Below the pieces are notes generated by a model, which did no database searches, had not been told where the DNA came from, and worked only from the letters and a program-made list of their open reading frames with translations. The position numbers were made by a program, and so were the translations under genes. Below, piece after piece: positions 1 through 12,987 of a DNA stretch of 64,000 nt; within the stretch, counting starts at the first letter, position 1, and each line of letters begins with the position of its first letter. This DNA comes from Setoptus koraiensis. Its lineage: Eukaryota > Animalia > Arthropoda. The DNA is taken from assembly GCA_048013815.1 (NCBI GenBank), contig CM106586.1, positions 4,030,001 through 4,094,000 of the forward strand. The letters are read 5' to 3'.

Positions 1-1446
1 TCGGCTCGACGAGAACCCGTCAAGTCATTAGCAAACAGTGTGTGCATGCTGATTCGGGCACAACTTCGCCAGTGTCGCTCGGCTACAGCTAGCACTGGTT
101 ACATATCGCTGATATTGGGCGCCCGATACCGGAATCTCGTGCCAGTTTGTCCGACGATGCGGCGCGCGAAAATATAGCGCCGGCCCGACTGCAACCTGCA
201 ATTGTTTTTCCCGTTTCGCCGCATCCTTGCGAGCTGCCGGCCCGACCGTCCGAATGTCCGACCCGACCGTGCGAATGTCCGGCCCGACCGTCCGACTATC
301 CGGCAACTCAGTTGCCTCAACTGCCGGGGTACCGCTGGCATCGCCCACTGGAACAAGCGATCACTCAGCTCGCCAGCTCGCAGCACCAGAGTCCGTAGCC
401 AGAGTCCGGCAGCCAGGGTCTGGTTGGCGTTGGCTGGTGCGCGCGAGCTGCGGGCTACGAGCTTGTGCAACGTGGGGCCCAGTGCCGACAAGATTGGGCC
501 CGGTTGCACTTTTCGCCGGGCCAATCTATCAGCGATCAGGTGATTGGGGCCAGCCCGACGGACCGATGGACCGATGAAGCGATGAATTGAATAATTGAGC
601 CAATTCTGCGTGTCAGCGAGTTTGATTGTGTGCGCGAATAGTAATTATTGTTTGATAAATACAAATAACCAGCGTGATATACTGAGTACGTTAGTGACAA
701 GATGAATTATGCCATAATTTGCCAGACAATATTGCCAGTAGACTCTACCGAGTAGAGTGTATAATATTTTGGGCCACTCACTGGCCGCTGGTTTTGGGCC
801 GCTGGTTCGGGCAAACGTTTTGGGGCAACCAGCGGCCAGTAAGCGGCCTCAAACGCTTTCCAGCGACCAGGCTCTCGATTGGCACGCCTGGCGCCCACAT
901 AGGATATTAATTTTGGTTTTGCTGAACGCGTGATATGATGGCGAGCTGATGTAGCGTAATTGCTTTTGGGGCGCTTGAGCTGGAAAATGGGCAAAACGGG
1001 AAAGTCGTTGCGGGGCCCCAGTTGTTGTGCCATGCTGCCTGCGTCTGACCTGACGTTTGACTTGCACCCAACTTCAGCTGCTGCTGTCGAGACCTTTACC
1101 CGCACGGCCGGCCCGGCCGGCAGTCAAATTTGTGCCAAGTCCGCCTGGCCGGCAGCAATATTTGCAATATAACCCAGCCTGATAAGCCATACGATGCGAT
1201 AGCCGGCTCTTATATGGCCGGTGTGTATCGCGGGCACGCCGTCGACAGTTGAGGTAGCTTCGTGGGGCCCCCGTGCGGCTATAGAGCATATTTGCGGCCA
1301 AGTGCTCGAGTCGATTATTATCCGACAACGCAAAACAACAACAACAACAACAAACAAACAATCAATCAATAACCTCTGTTGTTTCTCTCACACGCTCCCT
1401 CTCTCGCACTTGCAATCTCCCCTGGCCCACTCCCACGCACATATAG

Positions 1447-4400
1447 CTCCCATGGGCCACTATATAGTAGTTGAATTCAGAGATCAATTTTACATGGAGG
1501 ACTCTCTAACTTGTGAATATGATAGATTAGAAATAAGAGATGGCTCTTATGGTTACTCAAAAGTGTTGGCCCAATTGTGCGGCGATAAATTCCCTCCAGA
1601 AGTCGTTTCTAGTGATAGATTTATGTGGCTCAGGTTCACAAGTGATGCCAGTATTGAATATCCGGGCTTTAAGGCCGTCTTCAAGTTCCTCAAGCAGCCA
1701 AGTAAGTACATTCTCAGTTGCAGCATTTTATCTATGCCGCTAGTGTATTTATTGATGTGAATATCTCCAATATATCTGATAATATGTGTATGTGTTAGAT
1801 ATTCACATTAATAAATATACATATATATCATCCATCTTGTGCCACCGATGGCCTAACTAACAATGATCAATTGCTCTCTTGCTCTCCTTACTGGTCTTTT
1901 CGCATGGTCGATGATGATCAATTAATTGGCCGATATTCTACAACTGGGGCCCCTGTCGACGTTGCCGCCATGCAAAACTTTATCCCGAATCATCGTTTGT
2001 TCATTGCGCAAACGCGCACAATGGTGGCGGCTGGCAAACGACGAATATTCAAATGTCAACAACCAACTAATGGTGCCAAACCGCCACAATAACCGCCGCC
2101 CTGTTCCGTTCAACAGACGCGAAACCTAATCCACCTCAAGGTAAGTTTGTTTATGGTCTCTGCCTGTTCGATCTGGCTGTTTGCATATCCGCCTCGAATC
2201 GACCAATTCCGATTCGCCACGAATCGACCAATTCCGGTTCGCAGCGGCGATATAAGCTCTCCGGAACTGCGGCCTGGCCACCGGGGCCTCGCCTGAATGT
2301 TTTATGTCGCAGCGAGCTGTACAATTGGTGGGATACTGGGCCGGCTCGCTGCAGTGAGCTGAACATTGCAATGAGAAAATTTCTCGGAATTTTCTAATTG
2401 TCACAGCTTTGTCAAGAGCAGGGGTCGCTCACGTCATGGTTGCGCCCGAACAAATGCGCGTTCCCAACACTGCGAACGCGAATTTGCACAACGTGAGCGA
2501 TTGTGAACCAATCGCCCCAATCGCCATCGTTGTTGGCCCCAATGGCTAGATCGCTGGCGACGAATTGCGCCCACAAGGATGCGCAATTTGAGGCCCACGA
2601 ATTGTGGCCCGCAAATTGTGTGTGTTAATCGCAACTCACGCGCTGTCAGACTTTGACAGTCAGAGGCAACAAAATAACATAATAACATAATTTCATCACA
2701 TGTTGTCACAATATCAATGTAACAATGCCGAAATTGTCGGCACAGATTGTAGCTTCAATGTCACCGCCAGGACAGGTATTCATTCAGGCATTATACGTCA
2801 CGACGATATACCATCAAGTGTGCTTAATTATACTCACGCTTACAATGTCTCATTGGAGTGCATTTGGAACATAACAGTTCTGCCCGGCTGGAAGGTAGGC
2901 ACCACAACAACAACAACAACATTAATCACTAATTACGTAATCAACCAGCCAATTAATTAATTAATCAACCTCTAACCCAATCTCGTTGCCACTGATCATC
3001 GACAAATTTGCGTGGCCAGATCTACTTAACGTTCAACTCTTACGAATTGGTGAGGCCCAATGATTGCGAGTCAAACTTCATCGAAATATATGAGGAGCTG
3101 CTGAGAGAGGACAAACAAACGGTGAAATTTTGCGGTACGCGAACGGAACCGCAAACATCCAAGGGCAACGTGTTCAACATACGGCACCACGCCGATCCAA
3201 AAGCTTTCAATCCAGGCGACAGCCAATCAAAGTTTGAGATAATATTCACCGCATTCCGTGATAGGGGCACGGGGGGTAAGTGTCACTATATATGTCACAT
3301 ATATGATAATGTCATAATGAGTTGATTGACTGATTGACCGCCGGACCGCTGACTGCTGATTGACACTAAATCTTGGAATTAATCAATTAAATCAATCCGA
3401 ACAGCTTGTAACGCCACCAGCGAGTTTGACTGCGACGACGGAACCTGCATAGACGCCTCATTGAAATGCGACGGAATACGTAATTGTAAATATCACTACG
3501 ACGAAAGCGAGGACCCGGGACCCTGCATGAGTAAGTACACGCGCCGATTGATTAGCGCCGAGCGCCGAGCGCCGAGCTCCGAGCGCAATTATGCAATTAC
3601 GCCGCCTATCGGATATTGGTGCGATCGGTGGATATCTCTCGCGCCCCCTTGCATCGCTTGTCTGCATTGATGTGTCCGTTGTGTGCGCTCGATTAATGCC
3701 AGCAATAATGCCGCGCCAAGTGGCTGGCGGCTTCGGGTGCGATCGGGCCGATGATCAGCGATCACTTGTGACCCGTCGCAAGTGATCGCTGATCAGCCGA
3801 CTGGGACCCAAACAAATTGTTGTCCGGCCCGCCGCCGGCAGCCAGCAAATGCCAGCACAAATTGAGCCCGCCTTATCTGGCCCGATCAAATATCAAGCGC
3901 CCCAATCAAGCGATAACGGGGCCCCATTGCCGACCTGGCTGGCCCCAAGATGACCGGCCCCAATCCATTAACAGTGAACAGTGGCCAGCCAGGTGAAATA
4001 TCTATAATATCGGCCGTGATATGTATGATTGCGATGTATGTTGGCGCTGTTTGTGTGTGCGTCTTGTTGCGGATATTTTATCGCTACCGTTGGATAATTT
4101 TTGTTGCAATGTTGTTGCAACCAACAAAAAGGTGTGTGCGTGCCACTGGGCTCGATTTTCATGCTGGCTCAAGAGGCCCCAGCCTCTGCCAATATTGAAC
4201 CATTTCTTGTGGCGCCGCCACACATGCAGTGCGCCTGGCGCCAGGCAACACAAACAAAACGGCCTAAGTGGCACCCAGATACACTGTATCTGGACGCGGC
4301 GCCGTCGACAACGAAGCCCAGAATGGGGCCCCCAAGAAAGCCGTGTCTTGGCGGCCGTGTGTGGCTGTTGCTGGCTTCATTATCATTACTACCATCATCA

Positions 4401-7400
4401 ATCTTGTCTCATTTCCTTTCTCCTTTCGCTCTTTTCGGCGGGCTCGCTGCCAACGATACACTGTGAGCCAGCCAGAGACTGCAAACCAGCCAGAGACTGT
4501 GAGCTCGCCAGTCCAGGGGCACTCTCATTTGTGACTACGGCCAAAGAAAGAGCGATCCAGCGAGCGACAAACACAAAGCGGCGAGGTGTTTGCGGCCCGC
4601 GAATCCGCCAGGGCCCATTTGTAGTGAGCCAGTTGGCGGCTACAACACTGTTTCTCACACATATGAATATTAATATCTCTGGCCGTCTAGCCGTCGGGCC
4701 GTCGGGCCGTCGGGCCGCCGAGCCAGCCAGCCAGCCAGCTTGGCGGCGCCAAGTGCGCCAAGTGGAGCAATATGGAAATACAAGTGCCACCAGCGCTCTC
4801 ATTGTCGCCCCGTGGGTCGCCCATACGGCGCCACTGGCGCCAGCGACACGCCGTCGGCCCCTGGCGGAGGCCCATGGGGCCCGAAGGGCCCCAGCGATTC
4901 GCCGCCAGTCGCTGGCGAGCCGCCAGAACAGTGCGCTTGTTTGCGGCTAATGGCAGCCCCTGATATGCATCTACCTCAAGCCATCCACTTCTCGCGTTTC
5001 ATCTCATCTCTCATATGAGAATCTCATATGAGAGATCTCATATGAGAGATCTCGGCCGTGTCTGGGCCCCTATCTCGGGCGCGCATCTCCCGTGCCGCTG
5101 CTCTCGTCTCGTCTCATTTAATCCATCTATTGCCACTCAAATTTGTTTTAGTCGTCTTGGTCGTCGTCGTTGTTCTCGTCGCCGTTGTTGCCGGTGTGCG
5201 CCGGGCGACACATTAGCCCCTTGTGTCAGGGATAATTTGTGTGAGGATCGGGGGCGCGCGCGAGCGCCAAAGATTTGTTTGTTGTCGGTTGAGAACAGTT
5301 TGAAACGGCGGCGCCCAGAAACTACTTATCTCGAATTATGAGCTGCACACATTATGAACACACACACTTATCGCCGTATATGCTTTATCTCGTCCCCTCT
5401 GTTTCTCCTCAAACCCAAACCCGAACCCAAACCCAAACGACTAATACAACTAATATCTGGGCTACCTGGGCGCTTATGCAGATGACGAGGGCGCCGGCTT
5501 CTTCGATACGGAGCACATGGTGATTATATTGATTGTTTTCTTGACTCTCGTTTGCGGGATGTTCGCCTCGATAGTGGTGTCGTGTTGGGGCAAAATACAA
5601 GAACGGAGGCGCAGAAAAGAAGAGTATAAGATGAGAAAATCGCGTGATGCCTCAATGGAGAAATTGCAAAGCGCCGGCAATTCGCAAATGGGCTCCAGCA
5701 ATCTTCAACAGCAACAACATTTGCAACTGCAACAACAACAGCAACTACAGCAACAGCTTCAATTGCAATTGCAACTGCAGCAAGCCCAAGCGGTTGGCAC
5801 CGCCAACTACAACAACAACAACAACACCAACAACAACCAAAACACAACCGCCGCTAATAACAAGAACAGCAGCGGTCAGAATGCCCTATTATTGCATCAT
5901 CAGGCATCTATTAGATCGACAGCGACTATTAATAATAATCAGACCACTGACCCAACAAACTTTTCCGCTAGCGGTGCAAGCACTAATGCAATTACAAAAA
6001 TGTCCAAGATACAATCGGCTAATCAGACCAGCTTATTAAATACCAACAATACAAGCAACTCTAGCAGTAACAATACAACAACGGCAACAACTGACAACAA
6101 CAATAAGCAGCACAACAACAACAATATCGCACTACCTGTCACGTTGACCAACAGTAAGGGGGCGCTGCAGGCCAATATGCAAATGATGACCACCACCGAC
6201 CAGCATAGGACGCATGCAAATCATTCTACGACAATGCAACAACCGGCGCCATCTAATGCTCAATTGCAACAACAACAACAGCTAACGGCAAACCTGGCGG
6301 CCGCCGTTGCCTATCAACAAAGGAATCTACTTAGACAGCAGCAGCAGCAACAACAACAGCCTAGCGGTTATCGGGTCGCCCCGGCGCCCTCTCTAACGGC
6401 CAGTGGCGGTATCTATGGGCACACGGGCGAGTTGCAACAGCAACGGTCGATAATGAAACAGTCGCCTTATAACATTAATAGCCAAGCAAATAGCACCAAT
6501 CAAATTGTTTATCCCATGAACCCTAGCAACTCGGACAATTTCCTCATACAGCACCATCTAGCCACCAACAGGCCCGCCAGTATGATGCACCACAACCAGA
6601 GGGCGCTCACTCTGTCGGGTCCAATCCGGAAGTTGGACCATCAGCAGTATTTGCAGCATCAGTACCAACTGAAACATCATCAGCAACAACAACAACAACA
6701 ACAGCAACAACAACAGCATCACGCAAATCAATTGTTAAACGCGCACGGATTGTCGTCGTCTGTCAGTTGCTGTTATCAATTGGACGGCGAACCGTTGCCA
6801 ATTAGCACAATTAGGCAATTGCAATTGATGCATCAACAACAGCAACAACAACAACAACAACAACAGCGCCATCGACTGGACGAGGCCAATCGCATGGCCT
6901 CCATAGACAACGACAATGATCTCGTTATTAATGAAGCTCACATTTTGGGCGACAAGGGCGCCGCCGCTCGGCTACAACAGCAGCCAACAACGGACAGCCT
7001 AGATGACAGCAGCATGCAAATGCAGCCGGGCGTTGAGGATTTTTACAATTGTTCAACCAAGGACAGATTGGCCGCCATCTATGGCACAACCGCTGCAACA
7101 ACAAAACCACAACAACAGTATCCACCGCTAGAGGCGCCCGGACAACAACAATTTGTTATGAATGCAAACTATACCGGACATCTACCTAACAGCGCCCTCT
7201 TTAATCAGCAGCAACTTCAAACAAGCCAAACGTTGCGCAATGTGCGCCAGTCCACCCACGGCCCGGGCCTCAATCCGTCGGCCTCGTCCCATCAGATAGC
7301 GGCCTCTAGCGGGGGGCCCTTTGGGTCGCCCGCCATGGTGGCTGGCGTGCAACAGCATCAACAGCAACGGCCTTACTTAACCCTGCAGCAGCAACATCAT

Positions 7401-9293
7401 CATAACCAATCCACAGCGGCCGACTACTCTAATAACATGTCCACCGGAAGTATAGGGGGCGCCATTGTGCAGTTGGGCAAGCATCCCGCACCGAATCATT
7501 CGTTGTCTTACCCGCACGCGTGTACGGGCACGCATACCATTATAAGAGCGGGTAGTGAGTCGCCCAATTTACCCACGCCTCCGCCGCCGCCCTCCATGGC
7601 CCAGGTGAGGGCGGCCACCGTTTGCGGCACTATGGGCGGCTCAACAACGGCCACCAATGGTGCGGGCACTCAACAGCAACCGGACAGCACATCGGGTAGC
7701 AAGCGGAGCGCCTTTAGGGTGTCACGCCTAGACCCGAGCCAATTGACGGGCGACACAATTGATCAGTTGAACATGAACAGCATAAACAATGGCCCAAATG
7801 GCGGATCGTCCGACAGCGACGTTACGTTTGGCATTAGTGACACGCCCATCACGTTGCCCAGTCAATCGAGAGGTCTGTATAGGCCCGGTTTGGGTATGAT
7901 GATGTCGGGCAATTCGGACGGCATGGGTAGCATGGGTACGCCAATATCGATGGGCAAGTCTAGCGCGCATCAACTCAATCACCTAGTGGACAACAATCAA
8001 ACTAGCGTCATTAGCGGTGGTCAACAACAGAAGACACACAAAATATTGCATCATCCCGAATGCAATTTCATGTTGAACTTCAATCAGCAACAGGGACAAC
8101 GGCAGCCCAAGTCGCCCCATGCTCAACAGCGCCAACAAACAATTTATTCAACAAGTGGCGCCATCTGTGATTGTGGCGCCCTCGCCAAGCAGGCCGGCCT
8201 GCATCAATCGGCGGGTCTTGTCGAGCAAGACCTGGTGGTCAATCATCATCGCCTGCTCAATCAGCTAAACCAGCAGCAACAACAGCATCCGCTTATGATG
8301 ACCAACACAACAAGCACGAGTCGCGAAGAGGAGTTTGATGACAGCGACGAAGGTATGTACCTGGGCGACGGCGGCGGCAATGGCCCGTATATGATGCAAC
8401 AGCAGCAGCAACAGCAGCAGCATTTGCAGTTAATGAAGGGTACGATAGGCATACCTGGAGGCGGCGGTGGCGCGAGCGGCTTCGGCGGTGGCGGGCATTC
8501 CATGAGGGCACAGCAACTATTGAGAGGTTGCACAAATCAGAGTTCAATGTCACAGCAAATGGACGACAGCGACGGCCTAGATGAAGACTCTGCCAATCAG
8601 CAACATTTGTTAGACCAACAACAACAACAACAACAACAGCAGACCGGAAGTAAAATGCCCCTCTACGGTATGGCCAATGCACAGCAGCAGCAACAGCAAC
8701 AACAAACCCAAAATACCCTGTACCGGGTGGAGCCCAGTAGCCGGCGAAGTTTGTGCTTGTGTGGCAGCCAAATAATGGAACAATTAAGCTCAATTGAAGA
8801 TGATAATCAATCTAGCGGTGATAGTCTAGGCGGTACCAAAGTGACGGCGGGTAGTGTCAATACAAGTGCCCTGGTTAATCAGCAGCAGCAACAGCAACAG
8901 TCAGCTATGGACACCGCAGCCAGTCAGACTAACGTCCAACAATCGTCTAACCAAAATCAGATGGTGGCCGCACAACTAGATGGCGCCACTGCGGCGCCAA
9001 ACAGTAACGATCTCACATCGGCAAACCAGTCAACCATTCAACAACAACAACAGCAACAACATACCGCTGACAACAGCAACAACAAACAGTTTGGGCCAAA
9101 CGTGTTAATTGGTTGCGATAACGGACAACAACAACATAAGATCTCTCACAATACCAATGCCCACAACAACAACAACAACAATAACACCAATTTGACTGAC
9201 TCAGTTCAAACAGGTGACAGTGGCACCCAAACTGGCACAATGACAACGGATTTGTCAATTGACAGTCAGCAAATAGTGAACAAAACTAGCTGA
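1447..9293 (+). CDS. Neto: Neuropilin and tolloid-like protein (Neto; auxiliary subunit of ionotropic glutamate receptors), 5'-partial, with a ~1230-aa Q/N-rich cytoplasmic tail
   Basis: Exons with GT-AG ends and consistent phases: 1447-1701 (CUB1: APMGHYIVVEFRDQF..CEYDRLEIRDG..CGDKFPPEVVSSDRFMWLRFTSDASIEYPGFKAVF), probable microexon 2117-2140, 2746-2894 plus 3020-3275 (CUB2), 3405-3530 (LDLa: CNATSEFDCDDGTCIDASLKCDGIRNCKYHYDE), 5482-9293 (TM VIILIVFLTLVCGMFASIVVSCW, basic stop-transfer, long tail). The CUB-CUB-LDLa-TM order defines Neto. The signal peptide and the start of CUB1 were not found in the window. Confidence 0.93.
5009..5053. repeat. Three tandem copies of the 12-bp palindrome TCTCATATGAGA
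   Basis: Copies at 5009-5020, 5022-5033 and 5036-5047, inside a Neto intron. Confidence 0.9.
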
Positions 9294-9552
9294 CAAGCGT
9301 CTATTATTGACTAACAAGTTACTTGTTAGTTTTATTGATTAGTTTTTAATGAATTTATATCGATTAGATAAGATATCAAACAAATGCTCAATTGTAAATG
9401 ATTCACCTCACTATCACCTATGTCGCCCTATCCGTCAGTTTGGTGGCGCTTCAGTGGTGCCGGGGTGGTGAGATAGTGAAGCAGACAACTCACTTGAATA
9501 ATAACAACACAAATTGCTCAAACAGCCAGCTCGCAAAGCACCAGCTGACCAC

Positions 9553-9645
9553 AAAAGGCTGGCCCCAAAAGGCTGGCCCCATAAGCTGGCCCCCAAAAGC
9601 CGGCCCCATAAGCTGGCCCGATGAGCTGGCCCCAATAAGCTAGCC
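9553..9645. repeat. ~14-bp minisatellite (AAGCTGGCCCC core, ~7 copies) in the probable Neto 3'UTR
   Basis: aaaaggctggcccc / ataagctggcccc variants repeated in tandem. Confidence 0.85.
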
Positions 9646-9945
9646 ACGACGTACGTATTGTGTTGCCGGGTGCGCAAACAAAATCAACTCAATCAAGTTT
9701 GAATCAAGTTGAACAAACTAACCTATTGGTGTGTGTGTGTGTTTAGGCCGTTGTTAATTAACCTAGTTTCCAATGATGATCAAATGAATGAGATCACACA
9801 ACATTATAGGCGACAACAATTCACGACAGTAACAGCTATCAATTAATTGTTAGATAACACAACACACTCTACAACATGTACAATGTAAATCAAGCGTCAC
9901 ATGACAAACCAATCTATCAATTACCATTAATTATCTCTATCTTCA

Positions 9946-10052
<107 letters not shown>

Positions 10053-11144
10053 GCGATAAATTATTTATCTAGGCAATCAAATCAATGTCATGTCGACAAT
10101 TGGTGACCATGAGCAATGTTTCTAAATATACACACTGTACAGTGGCTACTTGACCTGACAGTACCAGTCAATAAATTGAACAAAAATTATCGAACGATAA
10201 GCGGTCATTTTACACACATTCACGATATTATTATTATTAAATTAATTGCAAATCAACAATTAATCAGACTACTTTTGATCAAATATACACACAACATGTA
10301 AACCTAATTATATTGTTATATGTATGCACATTTTATAGGGTAAAGTGATCGCAATGTAAAGACACAAACAACACATAAAAGCAAACATTTTCAAAGAGAT
10401 GAAAGATAAAATTATCAAATTATAAATTTACAAATTTACAAGCTCGTGTCCACGCTGCTCGTTGCATTGACGTACGTTATCTACTTGATTTTGTGATTTC
10501 GCGATTTCGTGATTTTGTGGTTTGATGTCGTTGTTTCGGTGTCGCTTCGAATGGTCGAGCATGACAAAATTGGGTGAGATTATCGATCTGTCTGATCTTT
10601 ATTCAAGTTCGAGTACACACACATTCTTATTTACAATATATAGGCATGTATATATATATATATAGCAATTGTATTAGTAGTTCTCTAATTATCTGTCAAT
10701 TCTCAATTAGCCGTGCATAGCTAGTTTTATTTGTTGTTTGAAACAGTTTAGTCACGTCGCATGAATTGGTGATTCGCGTTGTAGGTGGCCAATTAACATT
10801 AATAATGTATTAACAATGTGACTTGTGGTAATGATTTGGTTGTTTGTTGTCTCGATATATGTCTTCGTATATCTAGAATAATGTTGTTTGCTTGTTGTAG
10901 TCGCGATCATGTGGGCGCGAATGAGATCAGCTTACATCAATCCTTTGTTGTTGTCGTTGTTGTTGTCGTTGTTGTTGTTTCGTTGATTTGTCAACTGTCG
11001 TTGTCAGTGGCACGAGTGTCCAGCACGAGCATATTTCAGCACAACGTGTCACAATTGTCATGGTGGTTGCGTCACAAGGTGATCTGGGCATTGACAATTT
11101 GTTAGTCGTTGGGCTATTATTACATAATTACTACCAGTACATAA

Positions 11145-12947
11145 CTAGTTTGAACTATGAGTCACCACCGACGGGCCCTCAACAGGCGAATCGTGCCATA
11201 CGCCCTCAAAATCTTGATCCGCTTGCGTAACCTGGCTAGACACAGGTGAGTTTTGTGCAGGTAAATTGTTATTGTCATTATTATTGTTGTTGTTGTTATT
11301 GTTATTATTCAAATTAGATGTCACTATAGAGTGTATGTGGTGACCCGTGTTAGTTGTGGCATGTAGGTGATTCATGTTTAATTGGTTCAATTGATTGAAT
11401 GTGGCCGCTGATATTGATTGCGTATCAGCCCCTTGCTCCTTAGATGTCGTCTTCTTGGGCTGCTGGCCTCTGGCGGGATGCGCCGAGTAAGTTGCGGATG
11501 CCATTGCGGAGGCCAAAGATCCGGTGTTGCCAATCATAAATTGTTGTTGTTGTTGTTGTTGTTGCTGTTTTCTTGTATTATCCATATTTATTATATCCGA
11601 GTTTGTCTTTGTGTACGGGTTATGTGGTGCTATGGGGCCAGTGATTATCTGGCCATACATTTGCGACTGATCCAGGTCCAGGTCGGCGCTGCTAATTGGG
11701 TGCACTCTCCTGTGCGTTGACGCGGCCCCAATTTGCTGCTGATGCTGCTGCTGCTGATACCTGACAGAATGGTCTGTTGTTGGTTTGTTGTTGCCACTTG
11801 CTGCAATAACAGGCCTTAGCAGCATATGATGCGCATCGGCCCGTTGTATACTATCACTGTTACTTTTCAACAATTGGCCAGGTGCCAGGCGCCAAGATTC
11901 TTTTGGGTTCGCATGGGTCACTATTGTTCCTGGAAAAAGGAAGTGGAGAGATAAAAAAGAAACGGATAAAAAGAGGGAACGGATTAGCTGAGATGAGGCC
12001 AACATGAGGCTCAAATAATTAATTGGCCCGATTAATCAGCGTTAATCTTGACACTTGCATAACTACATAATAATAGTAGTGATAATAGTATAACTATATG
12101 CGTTATACTGTTGATACCACCGATAAGAGCTGCACAATGCGCCGCTTGCATAATGCTAATGGGCCCCCGCATCATGTATTACATCATGTGTGTGTGTAAT
12201 GTATACCGCTGCTGCATATTACATAACACACGATGATGTAATATAATGTCCCGATATAATGTGAGCGTTGGCCCGCTTATCTTGGCGCCAACACACACTC
12301 ACTGTCTCAATCAATCACTCGGCCGCGTAAATCACCAACGGAGTTGCCGAGCTAGCTCGCTGCCAGCCAATTCGTTATTGGGGCCAAACAGGCCGACAAT
12401 GAATTAGAATTAGCACGGTTGTTTGTTTACAGCAGGCAGCTGTCATTGTTGCTCGCTGCAAAATGGATTGTCGGCGAGCAGCAGCCTCGACGACAGCTCT
12501 CAGCCGACGACAGCGCCAACTTAGGTGACGCGCTCACTGATTTGCGCGTTGCGCAACGTCCCAGTTAGCCAGACGGAACAAGGTCAAGAGCTCGTCGTTG
12601 TCGTGGCAACAATTGGCACCACAACAACAACAACAACAGCGCGACGCACACCATGCCAAGACGACACGCAAAGCTAATTCGGGCGCCCCTCTAACAGGCA
12701 AATCGGAAGCCGGCATGGGCTCATTTTAATTATCATTAGCATCATCGTGGCACGCTTACGCAACGGTGTCTTTGTATCTATTGCGACTGCATCTATTGCG
12801 ACTGCATCTATTACGTCTGCATCTATTATGAGTGAGCCGCGTCGCTGCCGGCTGACAATTAGTTGATTGGCTGAGATTGTCGCCCATTTGGCCCGCTCGG
12901 CCCCGTTTGGCGCTTGTCAACACGAAAATCTACTTACCGTACATTTC

Positions 12948-12987
<40 letters not shown>

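Noticed and set aside
601-700. Possible missing Neto CUB1 start exon (EFDCVR-like codons at ~617-640 and small AG..GT segments)
   Set aside because: In-frame stops or phase mismatches with the phase-1 acceptor at 1447; no consistent splice path.
4021-4950. 309-aa ORF inside a Neto intron
   Set aside because: GC-rich and repeat-derived with no domain, no splice support and no coding-like composition.
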